DNA of 64,000 bases from NCBI GenBank assembly GCA_963748625.1, contig CAVVJT010000004.1, forward strand, positions 192,001-256,000. The letters are read 5' to 3'. The translations under genes and the position numbers were made by a program. The stretch's first letter is position 1. Every line of letters begins with the position of its first letter. Origin of the DNA: an uncultured Chloroflexia bacterium. GTDB lineage: Bacteria; Chloroflexota; Limnocylindria; Limnocylindrales; CSP1-4. The notes beneath the pieces were generated by a model. That model saw only the letters and a program-made list of their open reading frames with translations, did not search any database and was not told the origin of the DNA. This document shows, one piece after another, positions 40,491 through 50,061 of the stretch.

Positions 40491-43400
40491 TTACGGGGAC
40501 GTGCTCGATGCGGCGCTTCCGGCGACCACACGGCCGAGCACTGCGAGCATCGCGCGGGCGTCGAGGCCCTCGAGGATCTCGTACGAGCGGGCGGCTGCCA
40601 CGACGGCCAGATCGTCGTCCGGGCCCAGGGTTGCCGCCGCCACGATTCCCGTTATCGCCTCCGGATACGGCAGCTCCATCGTCGCGAGGCGGTCGAGCGC
40701 GCTGCGGAACCCGGCGCGGGCCTCGTCCGGCCGGCCGTCGAGAGCCGCGATCCCTGCCATGATCGCCGTGCGGTGGATGGTGATCATCCGGCCATGGGCG
40801 CCGGTCGCCGCAAGCGCCTCGAGGTCGGCACGCGCAGCGGCGACATCCCGCTCCAGGAGGGACAGCCGGGCCGCGTCGACGAGGGCGGCCGGGGCGTTCA
40901 GGGCGTTGATTGCAGCGACTTGCCGGAGATGGCCGGCGGCCTCGGCCAGGTTCCCGACCGCAAGCGCCCGCTCGGCGCGTGCCTGCAGCACCAGGAAGGT
41001 TGTGACTTCGGAGTCGTCCTCGGCGACGAGGGCACCGAGCCGGGCGAAGAGGACATCGGTCGACCTGCCCCGACGGCTCTCGAGGACGATGCGCTCCATG
41101 AGTGCGAACATCCGGTCGAGCGACGAGAGAGCCTCGGCCTCGAGCCGGTCGAGCGTGTCGGCTGCGAACGACCAAGCTCCGGCGTCCCACGCCCCGTCGA
41201 TGCAGTTGTTGAGGGCCCGATGGCGGTCGACCGTTGAGCCGACACGCCTGGCCAGCTCCGCGAGCTCCAGGTGCAGGTTGAACGACGCCCGTGGATCGAG
41301 GATCATGAGTGCGAGCGCCTTGGAGCTGATGCCGCGCATGACCACCATCGGCAGCTCGAGCTCGGTTGCAAGGGCGATGGCTCCGTCGATATCCGCGATC
41401 CCCTCGTACGAACGGCCCAGGTCGCACAGCGCCGCCCCGCGGATGGCGAGTGCCTCGGCAACGAGCGGCGCCAGGTCAAGCGCCTCGGCCGTCGCGAGGA
41501 GGCCGTCCAGCACGACGATCGCCTCGCCGCTCTCATCGGCGAGGTAGTGCAACATCCCGAGGACGAGGTCCAGGCCGAGCACCGCCGGATCGTCGCGGAG
41601 GTGGCCCGTCTCGGTGATCGCCTCGTGTGCCACCTTGCGGGCATCGGCGAGCCGGTAGTCGAGGAGATAACGGCGTCCGAGCGCGGTTGCCGCCCGTGCG
41701 AGGCCGCGCTTGTCCCCCATCGCCCTGAACCCGGTGACCGCGTCGAGCAGCAAGGCCTCCGCGGCATCGAGGGCCACGGCGAGCGAGGCGCACTCGCCCG
41801 CGCTGAGCTGCAGCCGAGCACGTTCCGCTGGCTCGTCGGTCACCTGCAGAGCCTGTTCGAACAGCCGGTACGCCTGGCCGTTCGCGCCGAGCACACGCGC
41901 CCGGCCCCCGGCTGCCGTGAGCGCGATCCGCGCTTGCGCGCCGAGGGCGGCGGCCTCGTCAGGCCCTGCGGCAAGCCCGTGCGCCGCCAGGTAGTGACCC
42001 GCGAGGGCACCCGCGATCTCGTCCGTGCCCACGGACTCGAAGTAGCGGGCCGCCGCCAGGTGCCGCGCCTTCCTGTCCCGCTTTGCGAGCGTGTTGTAGG
42101 CCACCTCGCGGATCAGGGCCTGCACGAAGGCATACTGCCCGCGCTCGGGGCTCCGCGGGTCCACCTGGTGGGCGAACACCTCACGCCGGACGAGGCCCCG
42201 GAGGTGCGCCTCGACGACCTCGATATCGGTGCCCCCAATCGCGGCCAGCGCTGAGATGGGGAACGCCTGACCCAGCACCGCTGCGTCGAGCACCAGCGAC
42301 CGGTCCACCGGCTCGAGGGCGTCCAGGCGGGCCGCGATCAGGGCGGTCAGCGTATCGGGGACGGCGAGGTCCGCGAGGTCGCCCGTCGGCTGGAAGCGGC
42401 CGTCGTCGGACGGCGTGAGCTTGCCGTCCGCCACGAGCATGCGCACCGTCTCGACCGCGTACAGGGGCACGCCCTCGGCGCGGGCCACGATCGCGTCCAC
42501 CGCCTTGGGCCCCATGCCCGGGGCGAGGCCGGCGAGCAGCTGGCGCATAGCGGCCTCGGGGAGCGGCTCGAGGAACAGGCTGGTGAAGCTCCGCCGCCCG
42601 ACCGCCCAGTCCGGGTGCTTGTCGAGCAGCTCCGGGCGGGCCAGGGTGACGATGTATATCGGTGACGTGCGGGACCACTCGAGGAGGTTGTCGATGAGCT
42701 CCAGGGTGCCGCTGTCGGCCCAGTGGAGGTCCTCGAACACCAGCACGACCGTCCCTGTCGTGGACATCCGCTCGAAGAAGGTGCGCCAGGCACCCAGCAG
42801 CTGCTCCGGACCAACCGGCTGGCCGAAGCCGAGGACCGCCAGCAGGGCGGGTTCGATCCAGCCACGGTCCTTGGGATCGAGCGCCAGCCGGTCGAGGAAG
42901 GCGCCGACGCCGGCGCGCGTCGTGGCCTCATCGTCCCCCTCGGCCAGGCCCGCACGCTGGCGGATCATCTCGCCCAGCGGCCAGAACGTGACGCCTTCCC
43001 CGTGGGCGGGCGAGCGACCGTGATGCCACCAGACGACGTCGATGATGCCGTCCAGGTACTTCTCGAACTCCCAGGCGAGCCGGCTCTTGCCGATGCCGCC
43101 GATCCCGGTGACCGACACGAGTCGCGCGCGCTGCTCCCGGGCAGTCGCGTGGAACAGGTCCTTGAGCAGGCGCAACTCGTCGTCGCGGCCAACGAAGGGT
43201 GCCTCAAGGGCATCCGCACGCCCGGCCCCGCGCCGCTCGGCGACCACCCGCAGCGCCCGCCACACGGGCACCGGGCTGGTCTTGCCCTTGAGCGTCCTCG
43301 ATCCGGCAGGCTCGTAGGCGATGGCCTGCGCCGCGGCGCGGTACGTCGTCTCGCCCACAAGCACCGTGCCCGGCTCCGCGGCGGACTGGATCCGGGCGGC

Positions 43401-44006
43401 GGTGTTGACGAGGTCGCCCGCGACCATGCCCTGGTTCATGGCGCCGAGCGTGACCGCCGCCTCCCCCGTGAGGACACCGGCACGTGCGCTGATGCCCGGC
43501 CAGAGCTGCGGCACGGCAGCCACGATATCGAGCGCCGCGCGGACGCTGCGCTCTGCGTCGTCCTCGTGAACGGCGGGCGTGCCCCAGACCGCCATGACCG
43601 CATCGCCGATGAACTTCTCGACGGTCCCGCCATACCGCGCGACGATCTCGCTCGCCGCATCGAAGTACGTGCTGAGCGTCTCGCGGACGTCCTCCGCGTC
43701 ATGCTCCTCGGCGAACGGGGTGAACCCGACGATGTCGGCGAAGAGGACGGTGACCAGGCGACGCTCGGCGACGGGCTGGGCGCCCGCCGGCCGGGCGCCC
43801 GCAGGCATGATGCCCGCGGGCACGGCGGTGTGGTCCGCGCCAGGCGCCTCGGCAGCACCCAGCGACGCGCCGCAGGTGCCACAGAACCTGTGGCCGTCCG
43901 GATTGACGAAGCCGCACGCGGGGCAACCTGAGGCCAATGCCGTGCCACAGGAGCCACAGAACCTGTGGCCTGGCGGATTCAGCGTCCCGCACGCCTGACA
44001 GATCAA
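40491..44006 (-). CDS. Double zinc ribbon + class III adenylate/guanylate cyclase + STAND (AAA_16) NTPase + helical repeats
   Basis: Four CxxC; VTVLFADIVGFT, EKFIGDAVMA, GDLVNTAARIQ; FVGR, GIGGIGKS, VFEDLHWAD; start TTG 44006 or GTG 44012. Confidence 0.92.
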   Translation of the reverse strand: MICQACGTLNPPGHRFCGSCGTALASGCPACGFVNPDGHRFCGTCGASLGAAEAPGADHTAVPAGIMPAGARPAGAQPVAERRLVTVLFADIVGFTPFAEEHDAEDVRETLSTYFDAASEIVARYGGTVEKFIGDAVMAVWGTPAVHEDDAERSVRAALDIVAAVPQLWPGISARAGVLTGEAAVTLGAMNQGMVAGDLVNTAARIQSAAEPGTVLVGETTYRAAAQAIAYEPAGSRTLKGKTSPVPVWRALRVVAERRGAGRADALEAPFVGRDDELRLLKDLFHATAREQRARLVSVTGIGGIGKSRLAWEFEKYLDGIIDVVWWHHGRSPAHGEGVTFWPLGEMIRQRAGLAEGDDEATTRAGVGAFLDRLALDPKDRGWIEPALLAVLGFGQPVGPEQLLGAWRTFFERMSTTGTVVLVFEDLHWADSGTLELIDNLLEWSRTSPIYIVTLARPELLDKHPDWAVGRRSFTSLFLEPLPEAAMRQLLAGLAPGMGPKAVDAIVARAEGVPLYAVETVRMLVADGKLTPSDDGRFQPTGDLADLAVPDTLTALIAARLDALEPVDRSLVLDAAVLGQAFPISALAAIGGTDIEVVEAHLRGLVRREVFAHQVDPRSPERGQYAFVQALIREVAYNTLAKRDRKARHLAAARYFESVGTDEIAGALAGHYLAAHGLAAGPDEAAALGAQARIALTAAGGRARVLGANGQAYRLFEQALQVTDEPAERARLQLSAGECASLAVALDAAEALLLDAVTGFRAMGDKRGLARAATALGRRYLLDYRLADARKVAHEAITETGHLRDDPAVLGLDLVLGMLHYLADESGEAIVVLDGLLATAEALDLAPLVAEALAIRGAALCDLGRSYEGIADIDGAIALATELELPMVVMRGISSKALALMILDPRASFNLHLELAELARRVGSTVDRHRALNNCIDGAWDAGAWSFAADTLDRLEAEALSSLDRMFALMERIVLESRRGRSTDVLFARLGALVAEDDSEVTTFLVLQARAERALAVGNLAEAAGHLRQVAAINALNAPAALVDAARLSLLERDVAAARADLEALAATGAHGRMITIHRTAIMAGIAALDGRPDEARAGFRSALDRLATMELPYPEAITGIVAAATLGPDDDLAVVAAARSYEILEGLDARAMLAVLGRVVAGSAASSTSP

Positions 44007-44157
44007 CCCCACCCCTCGTCCTGTGCCCAGGGACTCCCTGCAGCGACGATAACCGAATGGCCGCCCGCCCGACAGGCCGGTGGACACCCCACGGCGGGCC
44101 GTCAGTCGTTCCTTCACGGCGACGGCACGGCACCGGGGAACGGTAGACTCGCCGCAC

Positions 44158-44245
44158 GGGCGAGTGGCGAAATGGCAGACGCGCCGGCCTTAGGAGCCGG
44201 TGTCCCGTGAGGGACGTGTGGGTTCGACCCCCTCCTCGCCTACCA
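44158..44245 (+). tRNA. tRNA-Leu (anticodon TAG)
   Basis: GGGCGAG/CTCGCCT acceptor stem + ACCA; anticodon arm CCGGC-CTTAGGA-GCCGG; long variable arm; GGTTCGA T-loop; TAGACT -10 upstream. Confidence 0.95.
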
Positions 44246-44413
44246 GCCTCCGCTGCGTCAGGGTGAACCCAGGGCTCGATCGCCCACGAGGACGGGCCCG
44301 GACCGCGGCCTCCCCGGACCGGGCGTCATGCGGGGGCCAGCCACCCCCGGAGCCGCGTGTCCATTGCGCACGATGTCGGTCCCCGGCCAGCCCGCGATCT
44401 CGTCACGCAGGGG

Positions 44414-45016
44414 CTACGACTCGGGCGTGGTCTCCGCGCCCTCGGTGGTATGCGCCGGCTTGGCCGCCAATCCCGTCATCCGCTCGCGTACCCGCGCTAG
44501 CTGGGACTCGTACGCGGGCGTCTCCGTGTCGAAGATGTCCTTGGCCAGCTTCTTGCTGTAGCCCAGGATCAGCGGCCGGAGGAACGCGATGGTGGCGAAC
44601 GTCGCCGCGCCACGGAAGGAGCCGCGCTTGCGCAACGGCTCGGTTGTCTCGAGGTACGTCGCGAACTCCCGCTCGAGCAGGCCGCGGACGTGCTCGCCGT
44701 CATCGCCCATGCGCTTGAGCGACTTCTCGATCTCGTCGGGCAGCATCGCCTTGGGCAGCGGCTCCGTCGGCCCCATCACGAGTCGCTTCGCCCCGCGGAA
44801 CACGTGCTTGGGACCCTTCACCGCCAGGAACGCGGCACCGCCGACCAGGCCCGCTGCCTTGACCGGGTGCTTCTTGATCTTGGCCTTGACGTCCACCGCG
44901 GCGCGCGCGGACGCCTCCAGCCGCACGATCTCCTCGCCCAGGGCCTCGCGGGCCGCCAGGACGTCGGCGCGCGCAGCTAGGACAGCGGCCCGTTCGGGAC
45001 TCGTGTCTTCGCCCAT
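44414..45016 (-). CDS. Hypothetical protein (DUF3618-like partner of the holin-family membrane protein)
   Basis: Clean GC3-biased ORF overlapping the upstream gene; helical N-terminus and HPVKAAGLVGGAAFLA hydrophobic segment; GGAG RBS. Confidence 0.72.
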   Translation of the reverse strand: MGEDTSPERAAVLAARADVLAAREALGEEIVRLEASARAAVDVKAKIKKHPVKAAGLVGGAAFLAVKGPKHVFRGAKRLVMGPTEPLPKAMLPDEIEKSLKRMGDDGEHVRGLLEREFATYLETTEPLRKRGSFRGAATFATIAFLRPLILGYSKKLAKDIFDTETPAYESQLARVRERMTGLAAKPAHTTEGAETTPES

Positions 45017-45972
45017 TCCAGGCTCTCCTTGGCGGTGTCGATGGTGACCTGCGGGATGAAGCGGGCCTTGAGCGCTTCGATGTCGATGCCGGTCCGCTGC
45101 ACGCGGAGCGCCATGAGCACCGTGAACAGCACCCAGAACGCGGCGACGCCCAGGGCGAAGCCGACGCGCAGGCCGAAGGAGATCGAGAGGAACGCGCCCA
45201 GCAGTGCCCCGCCGAACAGGCCCGCGAAGATGCCGATGACCACGGGCTTGGGCCCGCCGCCGACACGGATCCCGACGATCAGGCCGACGACGAGGCCGAT
45301 GGCGGCAACAAGCCCGATGCCCACCACGAGTGGGCGGGTGCCGGGATCGATGCCGAGCGCTCCGACCTCACCCATCCAGGCGAACAGCCGGTTCGGAAGC
45401 TCGAGGCCGAGCACCAGCGCGACGACCAGGCCCAGCACGGAGGCGCCGATCAGGTCCCTGCCCAGACCGGGCACGCGCAAGGCGACAAGGATCAGGGCGA
45501 CCGCGACGGCGATGAGGCCGAGCGTGCCGTGGAGCAGGCCCCAGCCGATGGACCCGAAGATCCACTCGCCAGCGAACAGCATCCCGCCGATCGGCAGGAA
45601 GAACGCGAGCAGGATCGCGAGGGCGACGGCGCCGATGCCGAGGGCCGAGGCCCGCGTGACCTCGTCCTTGATGAGGTCAAACTCGGTGCGGGCCAGCTCG
45701 ATGTGTGCGTTGAGGAAGCGCACGACCGCGTTCTTCACCGCCGTGATCTGGGCGCGCAGGCCCGGCGGCTCCTCGCGCGTGCGCTTGCGGGTGCCCGCAG
45801 CGCCGGGCTGAGGCCCCGTGGAGCCGGCGCCAGGTCCGGCGGGACCGGGTGCAGGTCCGGCGGGACCGGGTGCAGGTCCGGCGGGATCCGGTGCAGGTCC
45901 GGCGGGATCCGGTGCAGGTCCGGCGGCGCCGGGCTCGGGTCCTGCGGACTCGAGCGGCCGTTCGGGATCCAG
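44977..45972 (-). CDS. Multi-TM membrane protein (phage-holin-family/DUF1469-like N-terminus), probable CTG start
   Basis: AHIELARTE motif, several TM segments and C-terminal PQVTIDTAKESLEW; frame is open 78 codons upstream of GTG 45738 to CTG 45972, which follows GGAGG at 7 nt. Confidence 0.72.
   Translation of the reverse strand: MDPERPLESAGPEPGAAGPAPDPAGPAPDPAGPAPGPAGPAPGPAGPGAGSTGPQPGAAGTRKRTREEPPGLRAQITAVKNAVVRFLNAHIELARTEFDLIKDEVTRASALGIGAVALAILLAFFLPIGGMLFAGEWIFGSIGWGLLHGTLGLIAVAVALILVALRVPGLGRDLIGASVLGLVVALVLGLELPNRLFAWMGEVGALGIDPGTRPLVVGIGLVAAIGLVVGLIVGIRVGGGPKPVVIGIFAGLFGGALLGAFLSISFGLRVGFALGVAAFWVLFTVLMALRVQRTGIDIEALKARFIPQVTIDTAKESLEWAKTRVPNGPLS
45831..45925. repeat. 21-bp tandem repeat (about 4.5 copies) encoding AGPAP(D/G)P
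   Basis: GCAGGTCCGGCGGGA(CCG/TCC)GGT repeated. Confidence 0.9.
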
Positions 45973-46059
45973 CGGTCGTCCTCCCCTGGGAATGGATGAT
46001 GCACGTCGGGACAGGGGCGATCATACCAGCGTGCCCGGCGCAGCCTGTACGCTCCGACG

Positions 46060-47307
46060 ATGCAGCCCGAACCCGCCACCCCATCCACGCCCGCCGGGCG
46101 CCGCATCCTCGCCGCAGAGCTCCTCGCGATCGGCACAGAGCTCACCGTCGGTGAGACGGTGGACACGAACAGCGGCGAGATCGCCCGATCGCTCGTCATG
46201 CATGGCGTCCACGTCACCCGCGTGGCCGACCTGCCCGACGATCTCGAGGTCGTCGTGGACGCGCTCCGGACGGCGCTGCTGCGCGCGGACGTCGTCGTGA
46301 CCACCGGGGGCCTGGGTCCCACGCCCGACGATCTCACGAGGGAGGCCGTGGCGGCGGTCTGTGGGGAGGACGTCGTGGTGGACCCGACGATCCTCGCCTG
46401 GCTTGAGGAGCTCTGGGTCCGGCGGGGCATCCCCTTCCCGGCCGTCAACGCGAAGCAGGCCTGGCTGATCCCGTCAGCCACCTCGCTGCCCAACCCGAAC
46501 GGGACGGCGCCAGGCTGGTGGGTGGATCGCCCGGACGGCCAGGTCATCGTCCTGCTGCCAGGCCCGCCGCGCGAGATGCGGCCGATGTGGGCCGAACAGG
46601 TGCTCCCCAGACTCGCCGCGCGCGCCGTGGGTGCGGAGAGCGAGGTCCGCACGCTGCGTCTGCACGGTGTCGGCGAGTCCCAGGTGGCCGAGCTGCTCGG
46701 CGAGCCCTTGCTGCGGGCCGGCAACCCGGTCGTGGCGACCTACGCCCGGAGGGATGCCGTCGACGTGCGCATCTCTGCTCGCCCAGCCGATGGGCGGACG
46801 GCAGTGGTGATTGCGGACGGGGCCGAGGCGGCCGTGCTCGCCGTGCTCGGTGACAAGGTCTGGGCCCGCGGCGCGACCACCTGGAGCGAGGCCATCACGG
46901 CGGCGCTCGCCGCCCGCGAGTGGACGCTGGCCACCACCGAGGCCGGCACCGGCGGCGCGCTCGTCGTCCTGCTCCGGGACATGCCGGCCCTGCAGCGCGC
47001 CGAGGTCACGGCGCTCCCGCCCGACGCCGCCCCTGCGACCGATCCAGCGTTGCTTGCCACGGCTGAGGCAGCGCGGGACGCGGGCACGGCGGCGGTCGGC
47101 ATGGCAATCCACGCCACGCCCCAGGGCAAGGACCTCGACGTGCGGATCGCGATCGTGACGCCGGACGGGTCCCGGACCGCTCGGCGGCTGGCGTTCACGC
47201 GCGGGTCATACGGTGCGGACCGGGCGGCCCTCGCGAGTGCGGCCGTGCTGCTCGAGACGCTGCGCGGGTCGGGGGCCGACGAGCAGCGCGACCTCCGGGT
47301 CAGGTAG
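46060..47307 (+). CDS. cinA: Competence/damage-inducible protein CinA (MocF-like N-domain; degenerate PncC domain)
   Basis: IGTEL..GE..DTNS, TTGGLGPTPDDLTRE, NPNGTAPG, LPGPPREM and GVGESQV. Confidence 0.9.
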   Translation: MQPEPATPSTPAGRRILAAELLAIGTELTVGETVDTNSGEIARSLVMHGVHVTRVADLPDDLEVVVDALRTALLRADVVVTTGGLGPTPDDLTREAVAAVCGEDVVVDPTILAWLEELWVRRGIPFPAVNAKQAWLIPSATSLPNPNGTAPGWWVDRPDGQVIVLLPGPPREMRPMWAEQVLPRLAARAVGAESEVRTLRLHGVGESQVAELLGEPLLRAGNPVVATYARRDAVDVRISARPADGRTAVVIADGAEAAVLAVLGDKVWARGATTWSEAITAALAAREWTLATTEAGTGGALVVLLRDMPALQRAEVTALPPDAAPATDPALLATAEAARDAGTAAVGMAIHATPQGKDLDVRIAIVTPDGSRTARRLAFTRGSYGADRAALASAAVLLETLRGSGADEQRDLRVR

Positions 47308-47372
47308 CGCCCCGTCCCGCCGCTGCCTGGCGGGTCCCCCTCCGCGCTGCGGCGCCCGGTTGCGCCCCGGTG

Positions 47373-47487
47373 GCGCCCCACGTATGGGGGGAATCGAGGG
47401 ACTCCTCGATGAGCTGCAGGCCCGGACTGTCGGTTCGTGGGTTGATCCCCGTGGGCTGCGGCTCGTATCGCCCCATGGTTGGGGGAT
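47373..47487. repeat. 115-bp REPIN/MITE-like element, copy 1
   Basis: 23-nt imperfect inverted ends GCGCCCCACGTATGGGGGGAATC and GTATCGCCCCATGGTTGGGGGAT, each containing a CCCC-N-GGGG hairpin. Confidence 0.6.
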
Positions 47488-47715
47488 GGAGGCGTGTCCC
47501 CCCCGACGGGGCGCCGACCCCCGTGTCGGCCAGCAGTGCTGCAACGGGTATCCGGGCGGGGGCGCCGATATCGCACCACCCACTCACTCGGCTGGTGCCT
47601 GCACCTGGAGTGGGGCGTCGGCGCGGATAGCAGCAGCCCCAGCGCTAGCTGACGCAGCCCAGCTGTAGTACGGCGGACCGGGCGAGGCGCGACGAACGGC
47701 GGACCGGGCGAGTCG

Positions 47716-48432
47716 CTACCGGCGCGCTGCCCGCTTCAGCCCCGGGAGATCGGTGACCACGATCGCGTCGCGTTCCATCCGGATCAGGCCGTCATCGATG
47801 AAGTAGCCCAGCAGCTTGTTGACGCTCTGACGCGTACTGCCCACCATCGCAGCGAGCTCGCCCTGCGTGATCGGTCCGGCCAACCGGATCTCGCCGCCGC
47901 CGATCGGCGTTCCCTGCTCTTCGGCGAGCCGTGCCAGCCGTGCTCCGAGGCGACCGGTGATGTCGAGGAAGTGGAGCTCCTCGACGTGGGTGGTGAGGCG
48001 GCGGAGCTCCCGGGCGAGCTCGGCGAAGACGTGGTCGCGGATCGCGGGTGAGTCATTGACGAGCTCGCGGAACCGGTCCCGTGGCAGGATGAGGGTCTCG
48101 GTCGGCTCCGCGGCGGTCGCGGACGCCGAGCGGGGCGAGCCGTCGAGGAGGGCCAGCGACCCGAAGAACTCGCCCGGGCGCAGCGTCGCAAGGATCGCCT
48201 CCACGCCGGCGTCCGACGGACTCGAGATCTTCACCCGGCCCGACAGGATGATCAGCAGCGCGTCGCCCGGATCGCCCTGGTGGAAGATCACCTCACCGCG
48301 CCGGTAGCGGCGGGTTCGCAGGACGGACGCGAGCGCGTCAAGCTGCTGCTCGCCGAGGTCCCGGAAGATCGGGACGCACTCGATAGCGGCACGCAGCGCA
48401 ACCGGATCGGGGGCTGGGCGGACCTGGGTCAC
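47716..48432 (-). CDS. Crp/Fnr family transcriptional regulator
   Basis: cNMP-binding motifs IFHQGDPGD, FFGSLALLDGSPRSASA; HTH ITQGELAAMVGSTRQSVNK; GTG 48432 lies 7 nt after TAGGAT. Confidence 0.93.
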   Translation of the reverse strand: MTQVRPAPDPVALRAAIECVPIFRDLGEQQLDALASVLRTRRYRRGEVIFHQGDPGDALLIILSGRVKISSPSDAGVEAILATLRPGEFFGSLALLDGSPRSASATAAEPTETLILPRDRFRELVNDSPAIRDHVFAELARELRRLTTHVEELHFLDITGRLGARLARLAEEQGTPIGGGEIRLAGPITQGELAAMVGSTRQSVNKLLGYFIDDGLIRMERDAIVVTDLPGLKRAARR

Positions 48433-48499
48433 GGCTGGGATCCTATCCGGTGCAGGCGCCAGCGCGGCGGGGTGTGGCACAGCGCGCGCTAGCGCTCCG

Positions 48500-48577
48500 G
48501 TCGAGCGCCGTCGGCATCCTGGTCAGGGCCGTCGGGATCCCGTCGAGCGCCGTCGGCATTCCGGTCAGGCCCGTCAG
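48500..48577. repeat. 42-bp imperfect tandem repeat (2 copies)
   Basis: GTCGAGCGCCGTCGGCAT..GGTCAGG.CCGTC at 48500 and 48542. Confidence 0.75.
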
Positions 48578-48617
48578 CAGTGCGTTGCGATGGCCGTCGG
48601 CGTCTGGTCGCCTGGGC

Positions 48618-49694
48618 CTAGGAGATCGTGAGGACGGGCGTCTGGTTGGACGCCGCCCGCACGCTCATCCCGGCCGCAACAAGCCCGGCCATCGCCTCGA
48701 GGGCCAGTGCGGCAGGACCCGGCTCCCGCTGGGCGACCGCCGGCACGCCGGCATCACCGCCCTGGCGCACCGTCACGTCGAGCGGGATCTTGCCCAGGAA
48801 CGGCAGGTTGTGCTGCTGCGCGAACCGCTCGCCGCCGCCGTGCCCGAAGATCTCGGTGACATCGCCGCAGTGCGGGCAGACGAACGCGCTCATGTTCTCG
48901 ACGAGACCGATGACCGGCACGTTGAGCCGCTGCAGCATGGAGAGGGCCTTGGCGACGTCCGAGAGCGCCACGTCCTGGGGCGTGGTCACCAGGACCACGC
49001 CGCTGATCGGCACGGCCTGGGCCAGCGTCAGCTGCGCGTCGGACGTGCCGGGCGGCAGGTCCACGACGAGGTAGTCCAGCTCGCCCCAATCGACATCCCG
49101 CAGGAACTGGCTGATCGCCCCGCCGATGAGCGGGCCGCGCCACACGATGGGCTGGCCTTCCGGCACGAAGAACTGGATCGAGATCACCTTCACGCCATGG
49201 CGCTCCAGCGGCAGGATCTTGTTGCTGGGCGAGGCGCCCGGCTGCCCGTCGATGCCCATCATCATCGGGATGTTGGGCCCCGTGATGTCCGCGTCCAGCA
49301 GGCCGACGGTGGCTCCCGCCTTGGCCAGGGCGACGGCAAGGTTCACGGACACGGTGCTCTTGCCCACGCCGCCCTTGCCCGACGCCACCGCGATCACATT
49401 CTTGACCCCGGGCACGAGCTGCTCCGCGGAGCGGGGTGCGGCGCGACGGACCGTGGCCCCCCACTCGAGCGCGATCCCCTGCACGCCGACAGGCGCCAGC
49501 GCGCGGCGGACCTCGGCCTCGATCTGGTCCTTGAGCGGGCAGGCCGGGGTGGTGAGCTCGATCGTGAAGGCCACGTCGGATCCATCGATCCGGAGATCCT
49601 TGATCATGTTCCGGGTGACGAGATCGCCCCCCAGCTCGGGCTCCTGGACGGTGCGCAGGGCGGCGAGGACGGACGCTTCGGAGACGGTGCTCAT
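48618..49694 (-). CDS. mrp: Mrp/NBP35 (ApbC) iron-sulfur cluster carrier ATPase
   Basis: DUF59-like N-domain (V.EPEL..DLV, LTTPACP), SGKGGVGKST, WRGP, DLPPGTSD, ENMS..CPHC. Confidence 0.95.
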   Translation of the reverse strand: MSTVSEASVLAALRTVQEPELGGDLVTRNMIKDLRIDGSDVAFTIELTTPACPLKDQIEAEVRRALAPVGVQGIALEWGATVRRAAPRSAEQLVPGVKNVIAVASGKGGVGKSTVSVNLAVALAKAGATVGLLDADITGPNIPMMMGIDGQPGASPSNKILPLERHGVKVISIQFFVPEGQPIVWRGPLIGGAISQFLRDVDWGELDYLVVDLPPGTSDAQLTLAQAVPISGVVLVTTPQDVALSDVAKALSMLQRLNVPVIGLVENMSAFVCPHCGDVTEIFGHGGGERFAQQHNLPFLGKIPLDVTVRQGGDAGVPAVAQREPGPAALALEAMAGLVAAGMSVRAASNQTPVLTIS

Positions 49695-49926
49695 CGGGAC
49701 TGGTCGTGCTCCATGTGGGACCTGCGGCCCGGGATGGCGGACGCTCGGGCCGGTTCTATCGTACCTGTGGGTCCGCGGCGACGCCGCCGGGCATCGCCCG
49801 CGCTGGAAGCGGCCTGCCGCAGCGCTTGTCGGCCAGTACGCCGTTTGCACGATGTCCAGTCCCCTTCTCGTCCAAACCGTGCGAATCTCGTAACACATCG
49901 GTCGCGAACCGTGCGATGTCGTGACC

Positions 49927-49956
49927 TTGACACCCCACGCGGAGGCACCCTATCGT
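49927..49956 (+). promoter_or_regulatory. Sigma70-type promoter of the polyamine transport operon
   Basis: TTGACA-N18-TATCGT, preceded by AACCGTGCGA direct repeats at 49875 and 49907. Confidence 0.65.
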
Positions 49957-50061
49957 GCGTCCGTCCAACATGGGTGCGGCTCGTAGCCGCGACCGACGTG
50001 GAGACCCGTCCCGCCTCCCGTTCGTCCCCATTCGCCCATCTGCCTGGAGCAACTCCTGCCC

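Noticed and set aside
44158-45972. Prophage or island integrated at tRNA-Leu (holin-like gene nearby)
   Set aside because: No integrase, no duplicated tRNA 3' end seen and no phage structural genes; this membrane family is commonly chromosomal
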